A DNA stretch of 64,000 nucleotides from Puniceicoccaceae bacterium (GCA_040224245.1 JBEGIR010000018.1:6378-70377), one strand, 5' to 3'; numbered from the stretch's first letter, positions 9,888-20,275 are shown. The notes: generated by a model from the sequence alone, not told the origin. A program made the numbers and translations.

Positions 9888-9899
9888 GCGAAGTACGCA

Positions 9900-9935
9900 A
9901 CAAGGCGATACCTCGTTTCCGAAGTATCGCCTTGT
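9900..9935. terminator. Perfect 12-bp hairpin between the convergent MCP and rplS genes
   Basis: ACAAGGCGATAC (9900-9911) pairs with GTATCGCCTTGT (9924-9935) across a 12-nt loop. It is followed by ATTTAAAT on the plus strand, so the U-tract is weak. Confidence 0.45.
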
Positions 9936-9963
9936 ATTTAAATCTGATGCCAGGAAGGCGTTA

Positions 9964-10326
9964 TCAATGGTTCTCCACCAAACGCTTTTCCTTCACCTTG
10001 TTGGCACGCTTACCGACACGATCACGCAGGTAGAACATGCGAGCCTTCATCACCACGCTCTCACGGTCGACTTCGACTTTTTCGATGTTCGGGGAGTGCA
10101 CGGGAAAAACTTTTTCAACACCCACGCCGGATGCAATGCGACGAACGGTGAAGGATTCGTGAATCCCCGAACCCTTGCGGTTGATGACGATGCCATGAAA
10201 TACCTGAATGCGCTCCTTGTCCCCTTCACGAACGCGGGTGTGTACGCGAACACCGTCGCCTACTTTGAAGGTCTCTCTGCCCTCGACCAACTGGTCTTGG
10301 GTAATCTCGTTGATGATTTGGTTCAT
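9964..10326 (-). CDS. rplS: 50S ribosomal protein L19
   Basis: MNQIINEITQDQL...FKVGDGVRVHTRVREGDKERIQVFHGIVI...FTVRRIASGVGVEKVFPVHSP. Re-called from the internal ATG at 10326 (120 aa); the track's 156-aa form adds a non-L19 extension. Confidence 0.95.
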   Translation of the reverse strand: MNQIINEITQDQLVEGRETFKVGDGVRVHTRVREGDKERIQVFHGIVINRKGSGIHESFTVRRIASGVGVEKVFPVHSPNIEKVEVDRESVVMKARMFYLRDRVGKRANKVKEKRLVENH

Positions 10327-10364
10327 TATCGTTACGTTTGTTAAATGGATGGAATTCTGGAAGG

Positions 10365-11054
10365 TTAAGGCTTGGGGGCGAAAAGATCGGGTCTGCGCTC
10401 CCGGGTTTTGTTCTGCTGTTGCTGCTGCCGCCATTTCTCAATTTCCGCGTGGTGTCCGTTCATCAGCACTTCCGGGACCTTCAATCCACGAAATTCGGCG
10501 GGGCGGGTGTATTGTGGATAGCTCAGCTGCTGGTCTGTGAACGAATCCTGAACGGATGTCGGCTCACCCAACACCCCCGGAATAAAGCGGGCCATGCAAT
10601 CGATCAGCACTGCAGCTGGAAGGGTGCCATTGGTCAGCACATAGTCACCGATACTGATTTCCTGGTCGATCCAATGGTCGCGGATGCGTTGGTCAATTCC
10701 TTCATAGTGACCACTGAGCAGAATGAGATGCGTGTATCCGGTTGCGAGCGTTTCCGCAAGCTCACGGGTAAGGGTCTGCCCATCCGGTGCAAGGTATATG
10801 ACTTGCGAGGTTTCTGTGCGAAGCGTTTCGATCGCAGCGACGATGGGTTCAGGCTTCATCACCATGCCGGCACCTCCTCCAAACGGACGATCATCGGTCA
10901 CCTTGTGCTTGTCGGTGGCCCAGTCGCGAATGTTGTGCACCCGAATATCGAGCAAGCCGTTTTGGCGTGCGCGTCCCAGCATGCTGCACGAAAAGTAACC
11001 TTCCACCATTTCGGGGAACAAGGTCAACAAATCGATCACCAGCGGGGCGCCCAT
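10365..11054 (-). CDS. trmD: tRNA (guanine37-N1)-methyltransferase
   Basis: IDLLTLFPEM..., DDRPFGGGAGMVMKPEPI and a C-terminal HHAEIEKWR. Re-called from ATG 11054; the longer track ORF would overlap rpsP. Confidence 0.93.
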   Translation of the reverse strand: MGAPLVIDLLTLFPEMVEGYFSCSMLGRARQNGLLDIRVHNIRDWATDKHKVTDDRPFGGGAGMVMKPEPIVAAIETLRTETSQVIYLAPDGQTLTRELAETLATGYTHLILLSGHYEGIDQRIRDHWIDQEISIGDYVLTNGTLPAAVLIDCMARFIPGVLGEPTSVQDSFTDQQLSYPQYTRPAEFRGLKVPEVLMNGHHAEIEKWRQQQQQNKTRERRPDLFAPKP

Positions 11055-11127
11055 GATGCGAGTCAGCAAAACAAATTGGGAAAGAACAAAAACGAGCCAA
11101 GCTCCGGATAGAGCCAAATCCTGAAAA

Positions 11128-11403
11128 TCAGGACTCAGCGGCAACTTCAGCAGCTGCAGATCGGCGGGCTTTGCGGATCAGATCGTTCGCAGTGTCAGTC
11201 GGACGAGCGCCCACGCTCAGCCAGTAGTCCACGCGATCCAGCTTGAGATTGCGTTCCTTATCCTGCCCCCGTGCCTGCGGTGCATAGGTTCCGAGAATCT
11301 CGACAAAACGACCATCACGAGTCGCGGTGGATTCGGCCACTACCATGCGGTAAACCGGGGCATGCCGTGAACCTTTTCTTTGAAGTCTGATTTTTAAAGC
11401 CAT
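11128..11403 (-). CDS. rpsP: 30S ribosomal protein S16
   Basis: MALKIRLQRKGSRHAPVYRMVVAESTATRDGRFVEILGTYAP. Confidence 0.95.
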   Translation of the reverse strand: MALKIRLQRKGSRHAPVYRMVVAESTATRDGRFVEILGTYAPQARGQDKERNLKLDRVDYWLSVGARPTDTANDLIRKARRSAAAEVAAES

Positions 11404-11537
11404 GGAATTGATAAATTAGTCCCTGTTACAAATAAAAACAGCCTATTCAACCCACTCCTCCCCAGTTGTCAATGCAGGAATTTTTCAATATCACCCGGTT
11501 CATGTTACCACTGACACGAGCCGTTTCCCAATCCCCG

Positions 11538-12521
11538 CTAAGCACGCACGACATGGACGGGATTTCCCTGCAAAAAGTTCCTCAGATTCTCCGCAACCCT
11601 CTGCAGCAGCCGCTGGCGACTGGCGCAGGTCGCCCATGCAATGTGAGGTGTAATCGAACATTGGGTGAGTCCAAGCAGAGGTGAATCCGGCGAAATGGGT
11701 TCGCTTTGGGAAACATCGATCCCCGCCCCCGCAAGATGCCCGGTGCGCAGTGCTTCAGCGAGCGCCGCTTCATCCACCAGATCACCGCGTCCGGTATTGA
11801 TCAGAACACTTCCCGCCTTCATCCACGCAAGGCGCTCCCGGTTCACCAGACAATGCGTATCCGGCGTCAGTGGGCAGTGCAGGGAAAGGAAATCACTTTG
11901 CTCAAACAGGGTTCTCATATCGACTTGCGACACGCCTTCCGGAAGCCCGTCTGCACGGGAGGGCTTGTGCATCAACACTCGCATGCCAAAGGCCTGCGCA
12001 AGGGTTGCAACCGCCTGCGCAATCTTTCCAAATCCAACCAGTCCCATCGTCTGCCCGTCGAGTTCCCGAAGCGGGTTGAGCCAATAACAGAAATCAGGCT
12101 GATCCGACCACTCCCCCCGGTGCACAGATTCGCTGTGCAGGGCAACCGAATGCGTAAAATGCAGAATGTGAGCGAACACCATCTGAGCAACCGAAGCTGT
12201 GCTGTAGCCCGGAACATTCGTCACAACAATGCCGCGTTCCTGAGCCGCTGCCACATCCACAACATTGGTGCCGGTAGCCATCACACCAATATAACGAAGT
12301 GTCGGGCAGGCATCCATGACATTGGAATCGATGACTACTTTGTTCGTCAATGCAATCGCACTCTGCCCCAACCGGCCCACCACTTCACCGGGTGCAGTTC
12401 GAGCATGTACCACACATGAACCCAGCTGCTCGAGCGGATGCCAGCTCAAATCCCCGGGATTGAGCGTGTGTCCATCAAGCACCACAATGGAGGGAACGTC
12501 TGTATCGATGCGTTGAGTCAT
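11538..12521 (-). CDS. D-isomer-specific 2-hydroxyacid dehydrogenase (glycerate dehydrogenase / hydroxypyruvate reductase-like)
   Basis: NAD-binding site GLVGFGKIAQAVA, plus NTGRGDLVDEAAL and TPHIAWAT. Re-called from ATG 12521 (MTQRIDTD...). The track's 513-aa form overlaps the helicase 3' end in another frame. Confidence 0.85.
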   Translation of the reverse strand: MTQRIDTDVPSIVVLDGHTLNPGDLSWHPLEQLGSCVVHARTAPGEVVGRLGQSAIALTNKVVIDSNVMDACPTLRYIGVMATGTNVVDVAAAQERGIVVTNVPGYSTASVAQMVFAHILHFTHSVALHSESVHRGEWSDQPDFCYWLNPLRELDGQTMGLVGFGKIAQAVATLAQAFGMRVLMHKPSRADGLPEGVSQVDMRTLFEQSDFLSLHCPLTPDTHCLVNRERLAWMKAGSVLINTGRGDLVDEAALAEALRTGHLAGAGIDVSQSEPISPDSPLLGLTQCSITPHIAWATCASRQRLLQRVAENLRNFLQGNPVHVVRA

Positions 12522-12603
12522 GTTGTGAAAGCATGACAAATCCCAAGCCAACAATGCAAGCAAACCCACACCCAACACCAATGCAGACAGAGTCGTGAAA
12601 AAC

Positions 12604-14115
12604 TCAGCGGTGACGTTTGCCCGACTTGCGAAAGGAGTCCCCTTTCCCGCGCTTTCCTTCTTTGGCGCGGCGTTTGCCCTGAGCTGCGGGCGGCCGCGAA
12701 GAACGCTTGCCTGAAGCGCGAAAGCCCTTTCCACGCCCGCGCTCGGAACCCTGTCGATTCTGGTGATCCCGAAAACTTTCCCCTCCTTTTTCGGAATCCT
12801 CTTCAATGGACTGGCTCTCACGGGATTCTTTCTCCTTGAGCAGGGTAAACAGTGCGCTTGCCACATCCGTCGGAGTATGCCCCTGCTCCAGCAAGCGGTC
12901 CACGAGCGATCCATAGCGCTCATAAGTTCCCGCTTCCAGGCGCGTCTTGAGCGTTTCAAAGAGCCGGTTTGCACGCAAACCTTCGATCTGCTCGACCGAC
13001 GGGATGCGCTCGCGGCGGATGCGATGACGGGAGTAGCGCTCAATCGCCTCCAGGCGATGAATCTCTCGACCAAATACAAAACTCACGGCCCGCCCTGAAC
13101 GCCCGGCTCGTCCCGTTCGTCCGATGCGATGCACATAGTCCTCCGGATCATGAGGCAGGTCATAATTGAAAACCACATCCACATTTTCGATGTCGAGGCC
13201 TCTTGCGGCCACATCGGTCGCCACCAGCAGTTCGATGGTTCCCTCGCGAAACAGCTTGATCACGCGCTCCCGAATGTTTTGCGGAATGTCGCCATGAATG
13301 CGATCTGCCGCATAGCCCCGCGCAATCAGCGCCTCGCAGCACTCATCCACCATCAGCTTGGTATTGCAAAACACCACGGCCAATCGCGTTTCCTCCGAGT
13401 CGAGCAGGCGCGTCAGGACTTCCACTTTGGAGCGACTGCGGACTTCATAATAGCACTGGTCAATAGTGGACACCGTCAGCTGCTTCTTCTGCACGCGCAG
13501 CTGTTTCGGCTGGTTGCCGAAGTTCTGAATCAGTTTTTCCACCTCACGACTCATCGTCGCCGAAAAAAACAGGCTCTGATGTGGCTGCGGCAAACCTCCA
13601 AGGATTTGGGTCATGTCATCCACAAATCCCATGTCGAGCATGCGGTCTGCTTCATCCAGCACCACAAAACGCACATGGTCCGTCTTGAATACGCGGCGAT
13701 TCGTGAGGTCCATGAGGCGCCCCGGGGTACCCACAACAATGTGAGTTCCCGCGCGCAGCGCACGAACCTGGCGATCCATGGGCGCACCTCCATAAACCGG
13801 AACTGCGCGCAACCCGTTCAATTGACTGCCCAGTCGGTGAATTTCCTCGCACACCTGCACACAAAGTTCACGGGTCGGGCAGAGGATGAGGACCTGCGGC
13901 TCCCGCAAATCCAAGTTCACTTGCTGCAGGGCGGGCAACCCAAATGAAGCGGTCTTGCCCGAACCCGTCTCCGAAATCCCCAAGATATCCTCACCGGCAA
14001 GTGCGGTCGGGATCGTCATTGCCTGGATCGGTGATGGCGTTTCATAACCCAGCAGCTGGATCGCTTTGAGCAGGGGTTGGGACAGGCCCAGTTCTTGAAA
14101 GGTGGTTTCAGTCAT
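12604..14115 (-). CDS. DEAD-box ATP-dependent RNA helicase (DeaD/CsdA-like) with basic C-terminal tail
   Basis: Q-motif region FQELGL...PSPIQ, then [25 protein letters not shown] and [13 protein letters not shown]. Arg/Lys/Gly-rich C-terminus. Start re-called at ATG 14115. Confidence 0.9.
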   Translation of the reverse strand: MTETTFQELGLSQPLLKAIQLLGYETPSPIQAMTIPTALAGEDILGISETGSGKTASFGLPALQQVNLDLREPQVLILCPTRELCVQVCEEIHRLGSQLNGLRAVPVYGGAPMDRQVRALRAGTHIVVGTPGRLMDLTNRRVFKTDHVRFVVLDEADRMLDMGFVDDMTQILGGLPQPHQSLFFSATMSREVEKLIQNFGNQPKQLRVQKKQLTVSTIDQCYYEVRSRSKVEVLTRLLDSEETRLAVVFCNTKLMVDECCEALIARGYAADRIHGDIPQNIRERVIKLFREGTIELLVATDVAARGLDIENVDVVFNYDLPHDPEDYVHRIGRTGRAGRSGRAVSFVFGREIHRLEAIERYSRHRIRRERIPSVEQIEGLRANRLFETLKTRLEAGTYERYGSLVDRLLEQGHTPTDVASALFTLLKEKESRESQSIEEDSEKGGESFRDHQNRQGSERGRGKGFRASGKRSSRPPAAQGKRRAKEGKRGKGDSFRKSGKRHR

Positions 14116-14251
14116 TCCAATAAATTCTGCGGGCTGTCTCGAAAGCCCCATCATACAGCGGACCCGCAACTGTCGTCACCGCATTTCAAAACGCAAGCGG
14201 AAAACGAAAGGGCATGCGTAGGGCTTGTGTTCGCCGCAAACCGTTTCCGAC

Positions 14252-15274
14252 CTAGAGCGACCGGATCACCTGCAAATCCGCGATCAGCTTTTTCAACTGC
14301 TCAGGCGTGATGGCCTGCTTCGGATCGTCTCCAATGCCCATGGAAGGACGAATATTGCATTCAATGTTCAGCCCATCGGCCCCGTATGCTACCGCAGCCT
14401 TGCAGCACGCCGGCACATGCACCGCTTTGCCCACGGCATGCGATGCGTCATACACCACCGGTGCCCAGGTCTTCTCCTTGAGCAGGGGGATGATGGATTC
14501 GTCCGGATAGTTGCGGTATCCGTCCAATCCCGGCAAAGTTCCCCGTGGGCACAGCAACACGTTCGCATTGCCTGCCGCCACCACATACTCTGCAGCAGCG
14601 ATAAATTCATCGATGGGTGCCATGTGGCGGCCACGCTTGAGCAGCACTGCCGTTGGCAGATCCTGTGTGCGTTGTCCAATCTCCTTCAGCAGGGAGTAGT
14701 TGAGCGCGTTGCGTGTGCCGATCTGCAGCATCTCCACCTCTGCCTGCAAGGCAATTTCCAACTGTGCGCTGTCCATAACTTCAACGTTAAGGGGCAGCCC
14801 GGTGCGCGCACGTGCCTCCACCATCAGTTCCATGCATTTGCTGTGTCCCTGATACGAGTATGGAACTGTTCGCGGTTTCCAAACACCTCCGCGAAGCATG
14901 TGAGCGCCCGCTTCCTTCACCGCCTCCGCCGTTTCAAACAATGCGTTGGGGTTCTGCGGATCCACCGTGCACGGTCCTGCAATCACGAGCAAATCCTGCT
15001 TGAGCCGGCATCCGCCAATCTCCACCTGTTGTGAAGCCAACTCCGCGCGAAGGTCCATGAGCTTGAACGGGGATTCAATGCGATCCACCCGGTCCACATA
15101 GGGCAACCCAATCAACCGGTTGAACATGAGTTCATGCTGCTCGTCACCCAGAATCGCATAAACACAGCGATGAGCCCCCACAATCACCTGAATTCGGCAA
15201 TCATAGGCTTCGACAATAGACTGGACTTCTGCCAGTTGAGCATCCGTCAACTTGGGTTCTTTGGAAATGATCAT
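14252..15274 (-). CDS. 3-deoxy-7-phosphoheptulonate (DAHP) synthase, type I-beta with N-terminal regulatory domain
   Basis: LVIAGPCTVD and GGVWKPRTVPYSYQG (KPRT motif), with ~70 aa of N-terminal ferredoxin-like extension as in Thermotoga-type enzymes. AGGAG lies 8 nt upstream of the ATG. Confidence 0.85.
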   Translation of the reverse strand: MIISKEPKLTDAQLAEVQSIVEAYDCRIQVIVGAHRCVYAILGDEQHELMFNRLIGLPYVDRVDRIESPFKLMDLRAELASQQVEIGGCRLKQDLLVIAGPCTVDPQNPNALFETAEAVKEAGAHMLRGGVWKPRTVPYSYQGHSKCMELMVEARARTGLPLNVEVMDSAQLEIALQAEVEMLQIGTRNALNYSLLKEIGQRTQDLPTAVLLKRGRHMAPIDEFIAAAEYVVAAGNANVLLCPRGTLPGLDGYRNYPDESIIPLLKEKTWAPVVYDASHAVGKAVHVPACCKAAVAYGADGLNIECNIRPSMGIGDDPKQAITPEQLKKLIADLQVIRSL

Positions 15275-15394
15275 GCGGGTTTCTCCTGAAAAACTTCAGA
15301 GTTTCGCGCCACCAGCTACTGGTTGGCAAATGCAAAAGTGCAGCTTCTCCTTCCCTGTTCTCCTGAACCCATGCAAAGGAGCCTCGAACCTGGA

Positions 15395-16609
15395 TCATTC
15401 CTGCTCAATCGCCAGCTGCAACATGCCCTGCATCCACCCGTTGCACTTCACTGCCCCGTTGATTTGCTGCAAGCGAAGCAGGGACAGCACTTGATCCAGA
15501 AATGCCGGCATGTCTCCAGCATGCCAAACCGTCCAACGGCTGAAACCATCCTGCCCCGATTGCGCAGCAAATAGCGGCAAAAAGGCGTCACAACACAGCG
15601 TGTGCAACCGACTCCCGCCGATGCGTCCCTTCAAGAGGGTTGACTCCAGTGCTTTCAAAATCTCGCGCACACCGAATTGTTTCCGGAAGCGCTGCACATT
15701 TCCGGGAACCTCATGCAGTTCCAAAACATCGCCGTCGACGCTCTCAAACTGCTGCAGGAGCGCGAGCAGCAACTCTGGCCAATTCGGGTATTCCGAAAGC
15801 AGTCCGTGATACGCACAGAGTCGACGAAAGGGTTGATTCGCCGGACGAATCCCCTGCAGTTTCCACTCGCCTCGGCGGGATTCGAAGACCTGCTCCGGTT
15901 CCCAGTCGGGTTGTCCCGCACGCAGGGGATGCTCCAAGGCGATCGCATGCATGGGTGCTCGATTGCGCCGGTAACCCAACACCTCAAGGCAGAGCTGATG
16001 TGCCGATTGCTGCCACCCGTATCGACGCAGTCGGACCTGTGCAAACTGGCATTTCAGCTCCCAGCGAATACGGGCTTTTTGCATCAGCTTTAGGTGTGCC
16101 TGCTCCGGTGTTGCACAATCCCGCATCAATCGCTCTACCCACGGCTCCTCACGGGGATCAACGGCCAGGGTCTGCCGAAGGGCATAGTGGGTCAGCATGC
16201 CCTCCAGATCACTCCGCAAAAACGGCAGCAAGGATAACAAGGCTACCTGTGGCGAAAGCGTCGCGGGCGCAGGACCATCAAACAGCGTCACATGCAACAC
16301 GACGCGCTCATAGTTGGGGTCGCTGCCATGTGCGTGGCGATCCCAGTCCTGCGGATACAGGTGCAGTTCAACATCACCGATCACCCTGGAATCACCAATG
16401 CGCAGTGTGGCGTCCCGGAAGTCCGGCCCTTCCTGATGATTCCAAATGCCCGGACTCAGAATGGAAATCTTTCGACCATCCCTCAACCGCAACCGCTCAC
16501 CATCAAAATCCTGCTTCTCCCATACTTCCTGGAGAAACCGTTCGGCAATGTGAAGGGAACCGTAGAACCCTTCGAGTTCGGCAACATGATCGGGAGATGA
16601 GGCAGTCAT
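15395..16609 (-). CDS. DUF2851-family protein
   Basis: WNHQEGPDFRDATLRIGDSRVIGDVELHLYPQDWDRHAHGSDPNY resembles the DUF2851 signature as I recall it. Function unknown. Confidence 0.7.
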   Translation of the reverse strand: MTASSPDHVAELEGFYGSLHIAERFLQEVWEKQDFDGERLRLRDGRKISILSPGIWNHQEGPDFRDATLRIGDSRVIGDVELHLYPQDWDRHAHGSDPNYERVVLHVTLFDGPAPATLSPQVALLSLLPFLRSDLEGMLTHYALRQTLAVDPREEPWVERLMRDCATPEQAHLKLMQKARIRWELKCQFAQVRLRRYGWQQSAHQLCLEVLGYRRNRAPMHAIALEHPLRAGQPDWEPEQVFESRRGEWKLQGIRPANQPFRRLCAYHGLLSEYPNWPELLLALLQQFESVDGDVLELHEVPGNVQRFRKQFGVREILKALESTLLKGRIGGSRLHTLCCDAFLPLFAAQSGQDGFSRWTVWHAGDMPAFLDQVLSLLRLQQINGAVKCNGWMQGMLQLAIEQE

Positions 16610-16614
16610 GGAGG

Positions 16615-17355
16615 TCAGGAGTTGGAGGAGGAAACCGTATCCTCATCCATCCCAACCATGACCTGCTCAAGGGTCAACCCTGTATGCTGCTTGATCCCGC
16701 GAATGATCATCCAAAGTGCCACAACCATCACGAGCGTGCTCGGAATCGCGATCACTACCAGACTCCAGCCCCACATCGAGCCAATCTGATCGTTGAAGGC
16801 CACCTTGTCCACCGAGGGATGAGTGGTCACCATGATGCGGGCCAATACAAAATTGAGAATGGAGCTGAGCAGAAACGATGCTGCAAGCAGCCACGTCGAG
16901 CGGTTGAGGGCCAGGTCAAACGCCTGCTTCGAGTGATGGTCCTGCAACCGCGACTCAATCAACTCCACCTTGAGGATCTTCGGATTGTAAAGCAGGGTCT
17001 TCACCAGCGGATAAGGGGTCCACATGGAAACCACCACCGCAATTCCAAGAACACCGGGAATCGCTGCTTCCTTGACCGCAACCCAGATCGGTGACAACTC
17101 AAACAAGCCGATGACGCCAGTGAGCAACACGCTCACAAAACCCAAAATCGAAAACAGGTTGATTTTTCGTGCAGCAATAAAATCCTTCAGCCCAAACCCG
17201 ATGGGAAAAGCCAGTGCAATTAATAGGATGATTGCGGGATCCAACCCGAGCAAGCTGTCGCCTTTTTTGAGGATAAGGATCGGGATCAGAAAATTGAAGA
17301 TCAGATCCATGAATGGAGAATCCTTCTTCACACGGGCAGGTGAATTTGCTGTCAT
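16615..17355 (-). CDS. Polytopic inner-membrane protein of unknown function (septation-protein-A / VC0807-like)
   Basis: 246 aa with about 6 hydrophobic helices. The gap to the downstream DUF2851 gene is 5 nt. The family name is tentative. Confidence 0.65.
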   Translation of the reverse strand: MTANSPARVKKDSPFMDLIFNFLIPILILKKGDSLLGLDPAIILLIALAFPIGFGLKDFIAARKINLFSILGFVSVLLTGVIGLFELSPIWVAVKEAAIPGVLGIAVVVSMWTPYPLVKTLLYNPKILKVELIESRLQDHHSKQAFDLALNRSTWLLAASFLLSSILNFVLARIMVTTHPSVDKVAFNDQIGSMWGWSLVVIAIPSTLVMVVALWMIIRGIKQHTGLTLEQVMVGMDEDTVSSSNS

Positions 17356-17432
17356 ATCCTCCGCATCAAAGGGATCCGGCGACAGACTTCAATCTTTCTT
17401 GCACGGATTGATTCGAAAAGGGAATTGTCTCC

Positions 17433-18149
17433 ATGAGTTTCCCTCTCTTCAATACGGCTCAAGTGCATCGTCCGCCCGACTTCTCGACCACAGCCATGCA
17501 ACTCCCGATCCGTTGTCTCATTACCGCAGGTCCCACCCGCGAGTTCATTGATCCCGTTCGCTTCATCAGCAACCCCTCGAGCGGGAAAATGGGCTATGCG
17601 CTGGCACAGGCTGCGGTAAGGCGGGGATGGTCTGTTGACCTGGTTTCCGGTCCGGTGGAACTGCCAGTTCCCGAGGGAGTTCGCCTGAAGCGGGTGGTCA
17701 GCGGTCAGGAAATGTATGAAGCCTGCAGTTCACTGTTTGACGACTGTGACGTGCTCATCATGTGCGCGGCAGTGATGGACATGCGTCCGGTCCGGACATT
17801 CACCCAGAAGCAGAAGAAGGATTCCATCGAATGGACCGTTGCGTTCGAACCGGTCGTGGACATCCTCAAAAGCCTCGCTGCCCGCAAGTCCCACCAGCTT
17901 CTGGTCGGTTTTGCAGCAGAAACGCAGGATCTTGAGTCCTACGCCCGGCGCAAACTTGAGGAAAAACAACTCGACTGGATCGTGGCAAACGACGTGAGCC
18001 AGAAGGGGTTGGGATTTGCCTCCGACCAAAATCGGGTTCAGCTGTTCTCAAGGCAGGGTGAATCCCTTACCCTGGGTCCCACCAGCAAACAATCCCTCGC
18101 CATCGACATCCTCGAAATCATGGATGCCAAGGGAACGTTTACCCACTGA
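17433..18149 (+). CDS. coaB: Phosphopantothenate-cysteine ligase (stand-alone CoaB domain)
   Basis: [34 protein letters not shown] and GFAAET. No N-terminal flavoprotein (CoaC) domain is present in this ORF. Confidence 0.85.
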   Translation: MSFPLFNTAQVHRPPDFSTTAMQLPIRCLITAGPTREFIDPVRFISNPSSGKMGYALAQAAVRRGWSVDLVSGPVELPVPEGVRLKRVVSGQEMYEACSSLFDDCDVLIMCAAVMDMRPVRTFTQKQKKDSIEWTVAFEPVVDILKSLAARKSHQLLVGFAAETQDLESYARRKLEEKQLDWIVANDVSQKGLGFASDQNRVQLFSRQGESLTLGPTSKQSLAIDILEIMDAKGTFTH

Positions 18150-18178
18150 TTCTCACTCACTTCCACTCCTGTTTGACC

Positions 18179-19369
18179 ATGCACCGTCGCACCAGCAGTT
18201 CCCTGAACCGAATCCTCGGTCGTCTGGACAATCTCGACAGCACCAATCTCACCATTCTCGTGCAGCGCCTGGCTCGCGAACGTGAACTGCTGGAAAAAGT
18301 CTTCAATTCCATCCATGACGGCATCCTCGTTCTCGACGGTGAGGGCACCATCCAATACGCCAACCGCCCCAGTCTGGAACTCATCGGACTGGACGAAAGC
18401 GACATTGGATTCACCGTGCTCACGGACAAGTGGCCCGACCTCAACCGCTGGATCGACTTTCACAGTCTGGACAACCCAAAAGATCCCGACTCGGCGGTGT
18501 CCCGGGAGATAGAGATGACCTACCCCCAGCGACGCGTGCTACGCCTCTTTCTGATGCCGATGTACCTCAGTACCATCAAGAGCGGAATCAGCTACCTCAT
18601 CGTACTCACCGACATCACTGAGGAAAAAGACAGCACCGAAGAAACCATCGAAAGTGAAAAAATCGCCTCCATCATGCTGCTCGCAGCCGGGGTTGCCCAC
18701 GAAATTGGAAACCCGCTCAATTCCCTGACCATCCACCTGCAACTCATCCAGCGCAGACTTGATCAGCTCGAATCCAATTCCCATACAAAAAAGATCGCAA
18801 AATCCATCGATGTCTGCACCGAAGAGGTGCACCGGCTCGATGGCATTCTCAATCATTTTCTCGGAGCCATCCGCAACACGCCGCCCGATTTTCAGGACGT
18901 GGATCTGCTCGTGCTCATCGAGGAAGTGGTGCGCTTGATGGAAGAGTCCCTCCAGACCAACAAGATCGACATCAACATCGAGATTGAAAGCCCCACTCCG
19001 ATCATTCTGGCGGATGTAAACCAGATCAAGCAGGTCTTCTACAACATTCTCAAAAACGCGATGGAGGCGATGCCGCGTGGCGGTGTCATCAAGATCAAAC
19101 CCCGGGCCGACGATGAGTTTGTCTACATCATGATCGCCGACACGGGCATGGGCATTGATCAGGAGGATTTGTCAAAAATCTTCCACCCCTACTTTTCCAC
19201 CAAAGACAGCGGCCACGGCCTGGGCATGATGGTCGTGAACCGCATCATCCGTGCCCACGGTGCCAAAATCGGCATCGACAGCAAAAAGAACAAGGGCACT
19301 GTGGTGACGCTGCAGTTTCCACAAAAACACCGCCGCGTTCGCCTGCTGAAGGATCAACCCAAACCCTAA
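18179..19369 (+). CDS. Cytoplasmic PAS-domain sensor histidine kinase (NtrB/AtoS-like)
   Basis: PAS region (FNSIHDGILVLDGEGTIQYANRP), H-box AHEIGNPLNSL, N-box YNILKNAMEAM, and DTGMGI and GHGLGM boxes. No TM helices. The track start at 18173 is TTG; the ATG is at 18179. Confidence 0.9.
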   Translation: MHRRTSSSLNRILGRLDNLDSTNLTILVQRLARERELLEKVFNSIHDGILVLDGEGTIQYANRPSLELIGLDESDIGFTVLTDKWPDLNRWIDFHSLDNPKDPDSAVSREIEMTYPQRRVLRLFLMPMYLSTIKSGISYLIVLTDITEEKDSTEETIESEKIASIMLLAAGVAHEIGNPLNSLTIHLQLIQRRLDQLESNSHTKKIAKSIDVCTEEVHRLDGILNHFLGAIRNTPPDFQDVDLLVLIEEVVRLMEESLQTNKIDINIEIESPTPIILADVNQIKQVFYNILKNAMEAMPRGGVIKIKPRADDEFVYIMIADTGMGIDQEDLSKIFHPYFSTKDSGHGLGMMVVNRIIRAHGAKIGIDSKKNKGTVVTLQFPQKHRRVRLLKDQPKP

Positions 19370-19381
19370 ACTACCCTGCTC

Positions 19382-20275
19382 ATGCGTTCGTTTTACAACC
19401 CCTTCCTGATCTGGATTGCCCTGGCTCCCGCAGTCGTCTGCAGTGCTGCCAAACCCGCAGCCACTTCCGCGTTTGCAGAGGTCAGTCCAAACTACGAGCG
19501 CGTTCGGCTCGATTCCGGCCGCTATCAACCCGAAACCTATGCATTCGGAGAGGGCATTTTGTTCGACCGAAGCGGAAAAGATCCCTCGCTCACTTCACTT
19601 AGCTTTCGCGAAATGGCGACAATCATCGCCGAAGCTCTGCTCGAAGCCGACTATGTTCCGACTCCCTCTCCCGAAGAAACCGATCTGCTCATTGTGTTGA
19701 GTTGGGGCAAAACCATGCCGCAGGACGATGGTCTGGGCAGCATCGCAAGGAATGGTCTCAGCGAAGCCATGAATGCCATGACCCAACTCAGTCAGCTCGG
19801 TGAAGGAGAGTCGGATGCAGCTACCTCCATGCAGAGTGAACTGGAGGGCAGACTCGACCAAATGCTGATGCTGCAGGACATGGCTGAGCAGCAGCGCCGA
19901 CGCGCAAACGCCATGAATGCTCAGCTGCTCGGCTACCATCGTTCCCTACGCCATGCAACGGAACTGATGCAAACCTTTGCCCCCATGCGCAGCGTTCATG
20001 ACGACCTCATGCTCGAACTCGAGTCTCCGCGCTACTTCGTGATACTGCAGGCCTACGATTTCCAGAAATGGTTTCAGGATGGAACCCGCGTCATGCTCTG
20101 GTCCACACGCTTCAGCATCCATGCCAAGGGTCGGCGCTTCGATGAAGAACTGCGCAACATGGCCCTGGCCAGCAGTCGTGTGATGGGGACCGACTCCAAA
20201 CGCCTCCAGCGTCACTTGCGACCCGCTCGTGTGGAATTCGGTGAACTCGAATTCCTTGGGGTTGAAGACAAGTAA
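19382..20275 (+). CDS. Secreted or periplasmic hypothetical protein
   Basis: Signal-peptide-like N-terminus (FLIWIALAPAVVCSAAKP). Starts 12 nt after the kinase stop. I recognise no domain. Confidence 0.6.
   Translation: MRSFYNPFLIWIALAPAVVCSAAKPAATSAFAEVSPNYERVRLDSGRYQPETYAFGEGILFDRSGKDPSLTSLSFREMATIIAEALLEADYVPTPSPEETDLLIVLSWGKTMPQDDGLGSIARNGLSEAMNAMTQLSQLGEGESDAATSMQSELEGRLDQMLMLQDMAEQQRRRANAMNAQLLGYHRSLRHATELMQTFAPMRSVHDDLMLELESPRYFVILQAYDFQKWFQDGTRVMLWSTRFSIHAKGRRFDEELRNMALASSRVMGTDSKRLQRHLRPARVEFGELEFLGVEDK

Noticed and set aside
12522-13079. N-terminal 186 aa of the 513-aa track ORF 11538..13079, which would make a long dehydrogenase overlapping the helicase gene.
   Set aside because: The extension overlaps the DeaD-like 3' coding region in another frame, is Arg/Ser/Ala-rich, and has no similarity to the family. 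The dehydrogenase homology begins right after the internal ATG at 12521.
15640-17094. A 484-aa plus-strand ORF spanning two minus-strand genes.
   Set aside because: It is a Pro/Arg/His-rich low-complexity translation, antisense to the well-supported DUF2851 and membrane-protein genes.
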